Assembly (NCBI GenBank): GCA_003552585.1
Contig: PUNK01000035.1
Location: forward strand, 93 to 64,092
DNA from: Thermoplasmata archaeon
GTDB lineage: Archaea > Thermoplasmatota > Thermoplasmata > Halarchaeoplasmatales > Halarchaeoplasmataceae
DNA length: 64,000 nt
Direction of reading: 5' to 3'
Below are positions 20,475-30,348 of the stretch, one piece after another; the first letter of the stretch is position 1; every line of letters starts with the position of its first letter. Below the pieces are notes generated by a model, which made no database searches, was not told the origin of the DNA, and was given only the letters and a program-made list of their open reading frames with translations. The position numbers and the translations under genes were made by a program.

Positions 20475-21047
20475 TCATGTTGGCCCTGGGACAGGTTCTA
20501 TTATTTCAACATGGTCGGGTGGCTGGAACTCATTGTCTGGTATATCATTATTTACCTCTATATTGGAAACAAAAAAAGTGACCTCTTGTCCTGTATCTGG
20601 ATCGTCCTCCGTGATGGTAAAATCATCAGTTCCTTCTTTAAGAATATCTTCAGTCATACCCTCTATCAGTTCCCATAATGGGATTGCTTCTTCCATACCA
20701 AAAGTTCCGGTTGTTTTCAACCATGCATCGCCATATGCTCTATGGTATTCTTCGCTGTCAGAGAAATAATAAAACGCTATATCTTCCTGGTTCCACATCA
20801 TTATTTGTTCATTTCCCTCCCTATCAAATCCTCTGAAGGAGAAATCAAAATCATCGTCACCGATATTTCTAGCTCTGATGTTATAATATGCATTAGGATT
20901 ATCTTCTAGGGTAATAGTTGCCTCTAAACTCTGTACCTCGTCGGGTGCCTCATCATCAAGGCAACCAGTGGATGTAGAAATAATTATAATTATGAGTAAC
21001 ACGACTAGGACGTTCTTGAGTATTTTTTTGTTCATCTTATTCAACAA
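20475..21047 (-). CDS. Putative lipoprotein, possibly LolA-like fold
   Basis: Basic N-terminus, hydrophobic stretch and lipobox STGC; acidic; C-terminal NNDIPDNEFQPP. Confidence 0.6.
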   Translation of the reverse strand: MLNKMNKKILKNVLVVLLIIIIISTSTGCLDDEAPDEVQSLEATITLEDNPNAYYNIRARNIGDDDFDFSFRGFDREGNEQIMMWNQEDIAFYYFSDSEEYHRAYGDAWLKTTGTFGMEEAIPLWELIEGMTEDILKEGTDDFTITEDDPDTGQEVTFFVSNIEVNNDIPDNEFQPPDHVEIIEPVPGPT

Positions 21048-21132
21048 AATATTGTTACCTCTGGTTAATATATTTTGGCATTGTCGACCTAATTGTCAAA
21101 AAATATTTTACTGACTTTAAAGATAGGACAGT

Positions 21133-21699
21133 ATGTATTGGCTAACGGTGGTCGGTATCGCATTTGTTTTAATCACTTTAGCAGAACTCGGTGACAAAAC
21201 GCAATTGATGACGGTCACCCTCGCCTCGAAGTATCCCCGGATGCCAGTATATTGGGGTGTTTTGTTAGGTATGGCTTTTGTCACTTTACTTGGAGTTGCA
21301 GTGGGGACGATAATCTACTCGTATATACCGGTGACAATAGTCAAGATTATAGCGGGGTCTTTGTTCATTTTTTTCGGTATTTACACCTTTTTATTGGAAG
21401 ATGATGATGCTGTAGAGGACATCGATGAAAAACACGTTTTTCGTAATTCATTTACTCTATCTATGATCGCTGAATTCGGAGATAAAACACAGTTAGCAGT
21501 GATAGCCTTGACTGCCAGGTATGCCTCCCCATCATCGGTATTCATCGGGGCAGTGATGGGCCTAGCTTTGATAGTTGGGATCGGTACTTTGCTTGGTGAT
21601 AAGATATCCCAAGTGGTGGAGAGAGACAAGATCGAGCTAGGAGCGGCTATATTGTTTGTAGTCCTCGGTGTTTTTTTCATTGTAGAGGCATTATTATGA
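21133..21699 (+). CDS. TMEM165/GDT1 (UPF0016) Mn2+/Ca2+ transporter
   Basis: Duplicated E(L/F)GDKTQL motif. Confidence 0.93.
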   Translation: MYWLTVVGIAFVLITLAELGDKTQLMTVTLASKYPRMPVYWGVLLGMAFVTLLGVAVGTIIYSYIPVTIVKIIAGSLFIFFGIYTFLLEDDDAVEDIDEKHVFRNSFTLSMIAEFGDKTQLAVIALTARYASPSSVFIGAVMGLALIVGIGTLLGDKISQVVERDKIELGAAILFVVLGVFFIVEALL

Positions 21700-21750
21700 A
21701 TGTATTATGCTTTCAATAAATACTATTTAGAACTAGTATGATTCTTTATT

Positions 21751-22293
21751 ATGCCTAGGTGGAAGAAAAAAAGCTCTGAACTGATCGCCAAGTCAACCCT
21801 TTTTACTATGCTAGAAGACGAGGTTATCCTACCCGATGGTACAGAGAAGAAATATACAATTGTAGACTTTCCAGATTTTGCAGGTGTACTGCCAATCTAC
21901 GAGGACCAGTTTGTTTTTGTACAAAATTACAGGTATCCTATCGATGAATTTGTACTCGAGATACCAGCAGGCCTTATCGATCAGGGTGAAACTCCTTTGG
22001 AGACAGCCAAGAGAGAATTGGAAGAAGAAACAGGATATGTTCTTAAAAATGCTCGAGACCTGTGTACTTATCATCCTATAGCCAGTTTGAATACTCAGAA
22101 AGCCTATCTTTTTTTAGGTGAAGTAGTGGAAGGAGGAAAAAAAGCTCCAGACAAAGGAGAAGATATGAAAACTTGTCTTTTAGATATTGAAGAAACTTAC
22201 GAGAGGCTGTACGATGGTGAAATAATCCATCCTCATACTATGATCGCGCTATTCTTTGCAAAAAGGAAGGTTGAGGCATTGAAAAGACTGTAA
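21751..22293 (+). CDS. NUDIX hydrolase (ADP-ribose pyrophosphatase-like)
   Basis: YRYP..EIPAGLIDQGETPLETAKRELEEETGY Nudix box. Confidence 0.92.
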   Translation: MPRWKKKSSELIAKSTLFTMLEDEVILPDGTEKKYTIVDFPDFAGVLPIYEDQFVFVQNYRYPIDEFVLEIPAGLIDQGETPLETAKRELEEETGYVLKNARDLCTYHPIASLNTQKAYLFLGEVVEGGKKAPDKGEDMKTCLLDIEETYERLYDGEIIHPHTMIALFFAKRKVEALKRL

Positions 22294-22298
22294 TTTTG

Positions 22299-22313
22299 CG
22301 AAAAAGTTTATAC
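22299..22313 (+). promoter_or_regulatory. Archaeal BRE/TATA promoter for the coiled-coil operon
   Basis: CGAAAAAG-TTTATA about 28 nt upstream of ATG 22341. Confidence 0.55.
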
Positions 22314-22340
22314 CTTTTGTATCTAATCAGCCGATAGTTT

Positions 22341-23591
22341 ATGGCTAAATTTATCCGAACCGACAGCGGAATTCTCTGTTGTTCTTACTGTGGAACTGCT
22401 GTAGAGAAGGAAGACGAATCTTGTCAGAATTGTGGCGAAAGGCTTGAGGGAGAGATAACTGACGGTAAGGTATGCCAATCCTGTAATACGGTCTCAAGTA
22501 GACTTGAGGATATATGTCCTAACTGTGGTGCGGAACTCGACTTGATTAAACCTAAGAGCGAGGATGATGAATATCTTTCGCGCCTACTCGGCTGGAGCGA
22601 CGAGGCAGAAGAAAAACTACGCTCGAAAGTTGAGGAGAAAAAAAAAGCAGTAGACGTTTTCAAAAAGATGACCTCTGCTGGAGCTGTAAAAAGTGAAGAT
22701 GATGATATGAAAGATACTGATGAACTATATGATACAGAAAATGGCATCGACTTTGACATGATATTTTCGAAGATCAAAGATAGGAAGGAAAGGGTGAAAG
22801 AAGAACTTCAAAACGTTAATGATGATCTAGTTGTGGAAAAATACGAGAATGAACTTGATCATCTCAAAGAAATGGAGGATACAGCAAGTAGGATGGAAAA
22901 GAATGTGAAACAAACTATATCTAAACAAGAAGAAGAGTTCAAGCTAAAGAGGGAGGAACTAAAAGAGAGGATTAGGGAATTTAAGAAGGTCGTCAAAAGA
23001 AGGGAATCAGAGAAGAATAGGATTAACGAACACAAAGAAAAACTTACAAAAAAAGAAGATGAATTGAAAAAATGGGAGACCCAACTCAGGGCTTGGGAAG
23101 AAGACCTCAGAGATAAGGAAGAAGATATTAGACAAATAAAGGAGATGTATGAGGACGGGGAAAGACAACTAGAGGAGATAGAAAGGGAACTTCCTGAAGA
23201 AGGAGGAGTGACTGAAGAGGAATGGCTTGATGAGCAGAAAAGGGTTCAGAGGGAACTCTTTAAATTGAAGGATGTTTGGGAGGACGATGAAGAGCTTGAA
23301 GAGCTTGATGGGCAAAGTCTACGATATTTCAGAAAGAAGATCAAAGAAAAAGAGGAAGAATGGAAGCAGAAAATGAAGGATCTAGAGAAAGAGCTAGAAA
23401 GGGTGAGGGAAGAGAAGGAGATGGTCATGAAAAAGGAATTGGACATCGACCTGGAAAGAGATGAGATAGGAGAGATCCTGACCGTGCTTGATACATTGTT
23501 GGGTCATCTTCCGGAAGAGAAAATTTCAGAATTTGCAAGTTCGGAGCATTTTGAGCTTTACGAAAAAGTGCTGGATGCTTTTGAAATTTAA
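22341..23591 (+). CDS. Double zinc-ribbon plus coiled-coil protein with a helical C-terminal domain
   Basis: Four CxxC pairs at the N-terminus, E/K-rich heptads and C-terminal LDTLLGHLPEEKISEFASSEHFELYEKVL. Confidence 0.75.
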   Translation: MAKFIRTDSGILCCSYCGTAVEKEDESCQNCGERLEGEITDGKVCQSCNTVSSRLEDICPNCGAELDLIKPKSEDDEYLSRLLGWSDEAEEKLRSKVEEKKKAVDVFKKMTSAGAVKSEDDDMKDTDELYDTENGIDFDMIFSKIKDRKERVKEELQNVNDDLVVEKYENELDHLKEMEDTASRMEKNVKQTISKQEEEFKLKREELKERIREFKKVVKRRESEKNRINEHKEKLTKKEDELKKWETQLRAWEEDLRDKEEDIRQIKEMYEDGERQLEEIERELPEEGGVTEEEWLDEQKRVQRELFKLKDVWEDDEELEELDGQSLRYFRKKIKEKEEEWKQKMKDLEKELERVREEKEMVMKKELDIDLERDEIGEILTVLDTLLGHLPEEKISEFASSEHFELYEKVLDAFEI

Positions 23592-23603
23592 GGAGATCGT
23601 CAG

Positions 23604-26600
23604 ATGGGTCTACGGGAAAAAGCCAGAAAGTTACGTGAGGAAGAGAAACGCATCGAAGAGGACGAAGAGAAAGTTACAGAGGAGTTGGAAGAGTTCCAGG
23701 AACGCCTCAAAGAATTAAAAGAAGAGATAAAAGAACTGGAAGAAAAAAGGGAGGAAGTTCTAGAGGATGTTAAAAAGGAGCAAGCAGAACTGGACGAACT
23801 CATCGAAGAAAAGAAAGAAGCAGAATATGAGGTAGAACAACTTCAAGAAAAGGAAGAGGAATTGATTCAGAAAAGGGAGGATTTGGAGAAAGAGAGAAAG
23901 GATCTAGAATATGAACTTAAAACGAAGGAGAAGGAACTTGAAAAAAGGGAGGAAGAGCTCGAAAAGGAGATAAACGATCTTGAGACTTTCAAAACATCTT
24001 TAGATGAAAGGGAAGAAGAGCTTGCTGAAAAGGAGAAAGAGATCGAGGAGTTAAAAGAAAAAGGAGATGTGATCAGTACTGAACTCGAGGAAATTGAGAA
24101 ACAAAAGAACGAACTGGAAAAGGAAAGAACAGAGCTTGAAGAGGAAAGGGAAGAGCTTACGGAGCTTAAAAAAGATATAGACGAGAAGGAAAAAGAACTC
24201 GAAGAAATGGAAAAGGATATCAAGCATAAAGAGGAGGAACTTGAGGAGATCGAGGAAAAGAGAAAAGAGTTGGAGAAAGAAGAAGAGCAGATAGGTGAGA
24301 GAGAAAGATCTTTGGAAAAATCTCAGGCGGAGTTGAAAAGCGGATTTGAGGAATTGGAACAACTAAAAGCAGATTTAGAGGAGAGAGAACAGAAATTACA
24401 GGATCAAAAAGAGGAGCATGAAGAAGCACTCAATGAAGCGGAATTATTAAAACAGCAGCTGGAAGAAAGAGAGTCTACCCTCGTAGAGAAGGAAAAAGAA
24501 GTGGATGAACTTGAAGAAGAGTTAGAAGAACGGGAGAAAAGTCTCAGAGGTAAAAAGGGTGCTTTAACACGTAAAGAAAATGCATTGACGGAGCTTGAAG
24601 AGCAGTTGAATGAAAAAGAAAGGATGTTGGAAGAGAAAGAAGAAAAGCTAAAAGAGGAAGTTGAGGAGCAGTTGTTCGAGGAAAGGAAACAAGAACTCGA
24701 CGAGCTCGATGGAGAGCTATCTTCCAAAAGGGATGAGAGGGAGGAATTGGAAAGCAAATTAGAGGATTTACAAGGTGAATTACAATCTTTAGAAAAAAGA
24801 AAAGATGAACTTCAGACTCTGAAAGAGGAGGTCCAGCAAAGAGAGAAGCAAGTTGAGGAGAAAGAAGAGCATCTTGAACAAAGAGAGGCTGAAGTCAGTG
24901 ATAAAGAGGAGTTGATAGATCAGGCTGAAGAGAGATTGGAGGAGCTTGAAGAAAGGGAGCAAGAGCTTGACTCAAAAGAACAGAAATTGACAGGATTAGA
25001 GACCCATTTAGAGGAGAGGGAGGAGAATTTAAAGGACAAGGAAGCAGAAATAGACGAAAGGCAGACAGAACTAGATCAATTGGAAACAGAGATAACCGAA
25101 AAAGAGTCATCACTCGCAGAGAGAGAGGAAAAACTTGATGTAAGGTCATCTGAACTTGATGAAAAGGAGGGGGATTTGGAGGAAAGAGAGGAAAAGGTCC
25201 AAAAGAAAGAGAAGGATTTAGATGATCTAGATACAGAGCTGGGTAAAGAAGAAAACAGGCTAGAGGAATGGAAGGCTGAGTTGGAAGACTGGGAAGAAGA
25301 GGTTGAAAGCAAAGAAGAAGAGTTAGATTCATTAGAACAAGAGGTGCAAAAAAGAGTCGAGTCGGTAGAAGAAAGAGAAGAAGAACTGGCAGAAATTGAG
25401 AGTGGATTGGATGATAAGGAAAAGGATCTTATTGAAAGAGAGGAGGAAGTAAATTCACTCAAAGAGGAACTCCGGTTAAAAGAAGAGAGATTGGAAGAAA
25501 GAAAGAAGAACTTAGAGGATCTAGAAAGCAATCTAGATGGTGTCGAAGCCCGTCTTGTCAAAAAAGAAAAGAAATTAGAAAAGTTTGAGGATGACCTTAA
25601 CGAAAGAAAAGATGAAATAGATAAGCGAGAAGAAAAATTGATCGCTAGGGAGAAAGAACTGGAGCGGGAAAGCGAGCTTTTAGAGGAAAAGAGTGGAGAA
25701 CTAAGCGAACTAAATTCAGAATTAGATAATAGAAAATCCCGTTTAGATAAACGAGAGGAAGGATTGGATACGAGAGAAGAAGGGCTTGCAGGATGGGAGG
25801 AAAAACTTGAGCAGAGAGAAAGCTCGGTACAGAAGTTAGAGAACAAATTGGGTTCGATGGAAAATGATTTGATCAAACTTGAGTCTCGCCTAGAAAAGAG
25901 AGAAGCTGAACTGAAGGAATGGAAAGAGAGGTTAAACTCACGTGAGGATGAGCTGGATGAGAGGGAAAAAGAGATCAAGGAAACAACTGATGAACTCAAA
26001 GAAAAAGGTAAAGATCTTGAGAAGCTAGAGGATAGATTGGATGAGAGAGAGGAGGAACTGAACTCGAAGGAAAGCGAACTTGAAGATAAAGATAACAGAC
26101 TCATCTCAGAGAAGAAAAATCTCAAGCTCAAAGAAGAAGGGCTGCACGAATTGAGAGAAGAACTTGCCGACTTTGAGACCGAGTTGGACGAGCGAAATGA
26201 GAAATTTGAACAGAATGTCCAAAAGAAGGAAGAAGAACTAGAAAAGAAAGAGGCTTCATTAGAGCAGCGAGAAGAGATTTTAGATGAGATGGAGGATAAG
26301 TTATCTACAAAGGAGAAAGACCTGAATCAGCGTGAAGGCAGTTTGTCACATCGGGAAGAGAAATTAGAAGAAAGGAAGAGTGAACTCGAAGAGCGAGACT
26401 CTACGGTATCTTTGTTGGAGGACGGCTTAAAAGAGCTTCAAGATGAATTAGAAAAATGGAGAAACCAGCTAGAGGAAAAGGAGGAAGAGATAGAACTTCA
26501 GAGCAATAAAGCTGAGAAACAGTTGAAAGAAGCGAAGAGACTAGATGCAAGGTTGGATCAACGTGAAAATGCAATTCAAGAAAACTTAGAGAAGGTTGAA

Positions 26601-27584
26601 AATGAGAAGAAAGAGGTATTAAATCTGTGGACTGAGGTAGGCGAAAAACTCGAGAGGTTGAGTACACTAGAGGAGGAATTAGAAGATAAGGAAGAAAAAT
26701 TAGATAAATTAGATGATGAGTTGTCTTCTAGGGAAAGAAACATCTCAAATAGAGAGAAAGCGGTGAGTGAAAAGGAAATAAAGTCAGCTGATAGGGAGAG
26801 AAGGATACAGGAACAGATAGAGGACTTGACTTCGGAGATGGAGAAGATACAGTCCTGGAGTGAAGCTGTCCTTGACAAGGAAGAGCAAGTACGTCAGTGG
26901 AAAGAGGATCTCGAGTCTTGGGAGGATGAACTTGAAGATCGAAGGGAAGAAATAGAAGATCAAAGACGTGAACTAAAAGAGATGAGAGAGAAAGTTCCCC
27001 AACGCTTGGAGGAGGTTAAGAAGAGAGAGAAGAAAGTAGAAAGGAAAAGAAGAGACATGATCAATTGGAAGGAAAAATTACAGGCCAAGGAAGAGCTGTT
27101 GAAGGACCAAGAAAGGGAGATGGAAGAGGAAAGAAAGCATCTAGAAGAGGTTAAGGAGAGTGCCATGAACTTCATGGACTATGCCCGATCAAAGAAGGCA
27201 AGAGAAGAGAAGAAATTACGTGAGCAGATAAAAAAGGAAAGGGAAAAATTGGAAAGAGAGAGACATTTGCTTGAAGAAGAGCTAAAAGAGCGTGAGAAAC
27301 GGTTGGAGGATAGGGAAGAGGATCTCGAAACAAAATCATCAAGGATAGAAGAGATCGAAAAGGATTTGAAGGTCCGTAAAGAAAAATTAGATGCCCAACA
27401 GAAGGATATCGTTGAGGAGAGGGAAGAACTAACTGAGATGTGGTCTCAAGTGGAGGAGGAGGCAGAGAAGGTAAAAGATCTTGAGGATTGGGAATCCGAA
27501 TTGAAAGTGAAAGAGGACAAATTGAAAAAGAAGAAAGAAAGGATCGATAGGATGAAGAAGCACTTAGATGACCTTCTCAGTTAG
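23604..27584 (+). CDS. 1326-aa E/K-rich coiled-coil protein, no recognisable globular domain
   Basis: Continuous L-x-x-(R/K)-E-x-x heptads, no TM or signal, no Walker A; AAGGAG RBS. Confidence 0.85.
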   Translation: MGLREKARKLREEEKRIEEDEEKVTEELEEFQERLKELKEEIKELEEKREEVLEDVKKEQAELDELIEEKKEAEYEVEQLQEKEEELIQKREDLEKERKDLEYELKTKEKELEKREEELEKEINDLETFKTSLDEREEELAEKEKEIEELKEKGDVISTELEEIEKQKNELEKERTELEEEREELTELKKDIDEKEKELEEMEKDIKHKEEELEEIEEKRKELEKEEEQIGERERSLEKSQAELKSGFEELEQLKADLEEREQKLQDQKEEHEEALNEAELLKQQLEERESTLVEKEKEVDELEEELEEREKSLRGKKGALTRKENALTELEEQLNEKERMLEEKEEKLKEEVEEQLFEERKQELDELDGELSSKRDEREELESKLEDLQGELQSLEKRKDELQTLKEEVQQREKQVEEKEEHLEQREAEVSDKEELIDQAEERLEELEEREQELDSKEQKLTGLETHLEEREENLKDKEAEIDERQTELDQLETEITEKESSLAEREEKLDVRSSELDEKEGDLEEREEKVQKKEKDLDDLDTELGKEENRLEEWKAELEDWEEEVESKEEELDSLEQEVQKRVESVEEREEELAEIESGLDDKEKDLIEREEEVNSLKEELRLKEERLEERKKNLEDLESNLDGVEARLVKKEKKLEKFEDDLNERKDEIDKREEKLIAREKELERESELLEEKSGELSELNSELDNRKSRLDKREEGLDTREEGLAGWEEKLEQRESSVQKLENKLGSMENDLIKLESRLEKREAELKEWKERLNSREDELDEREKEIKETTDELKEKGKDLEKLEDRLDEREEELNSKESELEDKDNRLISEKKNLKLKEEGLHELREELADFETELDERNEKFEQNVQKKEEELEKKEASLEQREEILDEMEDKLSTKEKDLNQREGSLSHREEKLEERKSELEERDSTVSLLEDGLKELQDELEKWRNQLEEKEEEIELQSNKAEKQLKEAKRLDARLDQRENAIQENLEKVENEKKEVLNLWTEVGEKLERLSTLEEELEDKEEKLDKLDDELSSRERNISNREKAVSEKEIKSADRERRIQEQIEDLTSEMEKIQSWSEAVLDKEEQVRQWKEDLESWEDELEDRREEIEDQRRELKEMREKVPQRLEEVKKREKKVERKRRDMINWKEKLQAKEELLKDQEREMEEERKHLEEVKESAMNFMDYARSKKAREEKKLREQIKKEREKLERERHLLEEELKEREKRLEDREEDLETKSSRIEEIEKDLKVRKEKLDAQQKDIVEEREELTEMWSQVEEEAEKVKDLEDWESELKVKEDKLKKKKERIDRMKKHLDDLLS

Positions 27585-28557
27585 TCCTACGTATCATCAG
27601 ATCGACAAGGTCTTCTAGTATCTCTTTATAATATGTATCCTGAATGAACCTGATCTCCCGTTTAGCTTCATGAGCATATCTTCTAGCTTTCATTTTACAG
27701 TGTTCCAAAGAACTGCTATTTTTTAGAAGAGAAAGGACCTCTTCTATCTCATCCTCTGTGTTTTTCTCTTTATCTAGTAGATTTTTTAGACGTTCGGGGT
27801 TCTCAAGATTTTGAAGTGCATGGATAATGATAAACGTTCGCTTTCCTGAACGTATGTCACTACAAACAGGTTTGCCTATCTCGTCTTGATCTCCGACAAG
27901 ATCTAGATAATCATCCTGAAGTTGGAAGGCGATACCCATCTTTCTAGCGTATTCCCCCATCCTTTGGATATGTTCTTCGGGAGCACCTGCTATGATTGCC
28001 GCACCCTTAGTACAGGCCTGGAAAAGATGACTAGTTTTTTTCTCTATCATGTTTATAAATTCTTCTTCTGTAATATCGTAGGTGCTTTCAAATCGCATGT
28101 CTTCATCCTGCCCCTCGGCGACTTTTAGAACGGAATCTGCTACCTCATCTAGAAGGTAAGATAGAGCATCTCCTTCAAGTTCAGTGTGAGATAATACTTT
28201 AAAGGCTAATGCGAAGAGGGCATCGCCCACATTAATTGCGCTACCAACTCCTTCTCTCTTATATATAGTTTCTATTCCCCTGCGAACAGGATCTTTATCC
28301 ATTATATCATCGTGGACAAGAGTAAAATTGTGTATCAATTCCATACTTATTCCCAATGGCAAAGCCTTTTTTTCTTCGATCCCTAAGGCTCCTGCAGATA
28401 TCATGGCTAAAAAGGGACGCAGCTTTTTTCCTCCGGCTTTGGGGTACACTGCCATCAGTTCCCATAAAGGATGTTGTTCATCTCGATCGAAGAGCTCCTC
28501 GATCTCAGATTCGATCAGTATCTTCCTTTCCTTTATCTCTTCCATAAGATCTATCAT
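27577..28557 (-). CDS. idsA: Geranylgeranyl diphosphate synthase (polyprenyl synthetase)
   Basis: GGKKLRP, HNFTLVHDDIMD (FARM), GQDED, KKT and FQLQDDYLD (SARM). Confidence 0.93.
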   Translation of the reverse strand: MIDLMEEIKERKILIESEIEELFDRDEQHPLWELMAVYPKAGGKKLRPFLAMISAGALGIEEKKALPLGISMELIHNFTLVHDDIMDKDPVRRGIETIYKREGVGSAINVGDALFALAFKVLSHTELEGDALSYLLDEVADSVLKVAEGQDEDMRFESTYDITEEEFINMIEKKTSHLFQACTKGAAIIAGAPEEHIQRMGEYARKMGIAFQLQDDYLDLVGDQDEIGKPVCSDIRSGKRTFIIIHALQNLENPERLKNLLDKEKNTEDEIEEVLSLLKNSSSLEHCKMKARRYAHEAKREIRFIQDTYYKEILEDLVDLMIRRTN

Positions 28558-28559
28558 GG

Positions 28560-29600
28560 TTAATCTCCCCCTGTCCACTCGATCAGTTCCCCCGTCAGGA
28601 TCACCCTTCTTTTTTTGAGATCATCTACCGACCTGCAGCCGGTGAGGAACATGGTCGCTCTTAATCCTGCTATCACACTTCGCAGATATTTTATGACTTC
28701 CTCCTTAGGGCTGGTAACAGATGGAAGGACTCCTCCAGCTATTCCAGCTATATCCGCTCCAAGGGATATCGCCTTTGCAATATCTATCCCCGTCCTGATA
28801 CCTCCTGTAGATATCAACGGCAGATCTGATGATCTCCTACATTCTAGTATTGATACGGGTGTGGGTATTCCCCAGTCCCATAACGCTTCAGCAATTTCTT
28901 TTCTGACTCCTTGTCGATAATATTCAACGGCTGAAAAAGACGTTCCCCCCATACCACCGACATCTATTGCTTTAACTCCGGTATCAGTTAAGGAAACAGC
29001 CATCTCTTCTGAGATACCTGCCCCAGTCTCTTTCGCTATCACTGGAAGTTCATCACATATCTTAGAAAGGGCTGAAAGTACTCCTTCACTTTTTGTATCT
29101 CCTTCTGGTTGGACAACCTCTTGCAGGTAATTGAAATGTACTGCTAGATAATGTCCACCTATCATCTTCATAGCTTCCTCACACTTTTCGATCCCAAATG
29201 CCTCAGAACCTTCCTGAGGTATCAATTGGGGTGCTCCGATATTGCCTATCACCAGAGGTGGGTCGTATTCTTTAATCACTTCGTAAGTTTTTCTTAAATC
29301 TTCATTCTCCAATGCGGCACGTTGACTTCCGACGCCGAATGGTATGCCGATCTTTTCAGCTGCATAAGCCAACCTTTCATTTACCTTTCTTGCACCTGCA
29401 TATCCACCTGTGATCGCAGATATCATTATAGGTGCTTCGAGTTTTTTACCAAGGAATTCTGTTTCCAAAGAGATATCTGAGTGATCTACTTCCGGAGCGG
29501 CGTTATGAAACAATTTTACCATGTTCCAGTAATCTTTTTCTATCTCGACTTTTTCTTCTAAACATATCCTCATATGATCTTCTTTCCGTGATTCGATCAT
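28560..29600 (-). CDS. fni: Type 2 isopentenyl-diphosphate delta-isomerase
   Basis: RKEDH, ITGG, GVGSQRAA, HFNYLQEVVQPEGD, KETGAG and GGTSF. Confidence 0.96.
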   Translation of the reverse strand: MIESRKEDHMRICLEEKVEIEKDYWNMVKLFHNAAPEVDHSDISLETEFLGKKLEAPIMISAITGGYAGARKVNERLAYAAEKIGIPFGVGSQRAALENEDLRKTYEVIKEYDPPLVIGNIGAPQLIPQEGSEAFGIEKCEEAMKMIGGHYLAVHFNYLQEVVQPEGDTKSEGVLSALSKICDELPVIAKETGAGISEEMAVSLTDTGVKAIDVGGMGGTSFSAVEYYRQGVRKEIAEALWDWGIPTPVSILECRRSSDLPLISTGGIRTGIDIAKAISLGADIAGIAGGVLPSVTSPKEEVIKYLRSVIAGLRATMFLTGCRSVDDLKKRRVILTGELIEWTGGD

Positions 29601-30343
29601 GGTCTCACCTCTGTACAAATAGTTTTTTTTCCTTCAAGAAGGGTTGAAAGTCTTCCAGGAACGCTTCCATTCACTATATAAGTGGGACATTTTTCAGCGA
29701 TGTTTAACATAAGACGGGTTTTTCGTTCCATCCCTCCTGTGACATCGACTCCTTCTCCACTTTTTAGAAAATCGTCATCTCTCAATGGAAGCATATCGGG
29801 ATCAAACATATCCACGATCTCTCCCTCTTTATATATCCCATCAACATCGGTCACAAATATGGCGGTATCAGCTAAAGGAGCTAAGCCCAACATCAGGTCG
29901 TCTCCAGAACATATGGTCACCTGTCGCTTATGGTCTATAGCAACATCTCCGAATGTTACGGGGATTGCTCCTAGATCAAGATAATCTTTTACGATCTTTG
30001 TGTTGATCTCCTTCATATCACCATCTTCAAAGGTGGTGATCATACCCCCTGGAATCGATACAGCCCAAAGGTTGTTTTCCAGCATCAGATCTATTATTTT
30101 AAGATTGAATACCCTCATCGCCTTCTGAACTTCAGCAGTACCTCTCGCTGGTTCTTTCGGAGAGGGTGAATTGAGTTCGTAACGCATCGCTCCTGGATGT
30201 CCAAAACTTCCTCCTCCATGTACAATAACCAACTCGTCAACCGAATCCATCTCTTTTACAAGTCTCTCAGCTGTTTCATTCTTGAAAGAGAACGGTTTGT
30301 TCTTGTCGGTCAATACGCTTCCCCCCAATTTGATCAAGATCAA
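29597..30343 (-). CDS. ipk: Isopentenyl phosphate kinase
   Basis: KLGGSVLTDK, HGGGSFGH, CSGDD and DVTGGM; operonic with fni. Confidence 0.93.
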   Translation of the reverse strand: MILIKLGGSVLTDKNKPFSFKNETAERLVKEMDSVDELVIVHGGGSFGHPGAMRYELNSPSPKEPARGTAEVQKAMRVFNLKIIDLMLENNLWAVSIPGGMITTFEDGDMKEINTKIVKDYLDLGAIPVTFGDVAIDHKRQVTICSGDDLMLGLAPLADTAIFVTDVDGIYKEGEIVDMFDPDMLPLRDDDFLKSGEGVDVTGGMERKTRLMLNIAEKCPTYIVNGSVPGRLSTLLEGKKTICTEVRP

Positions 30344-30348
30344 GTGTA

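Noticed and set aside
23600-27175. Long Ser/Phe/Leu-rich minus-strand ORFs (up to 351 aa)
   Set aside because: Shadow frames of the GAA/AAA-rich coiled-coil gene; low complexity, no independent coding signal
23604-27584. SMC/Rad50 or phage tape-measure call for the giant coiled coil
   Set aside because: No Walker A/B, hinge or Zn-hook, and no phage genes nearby
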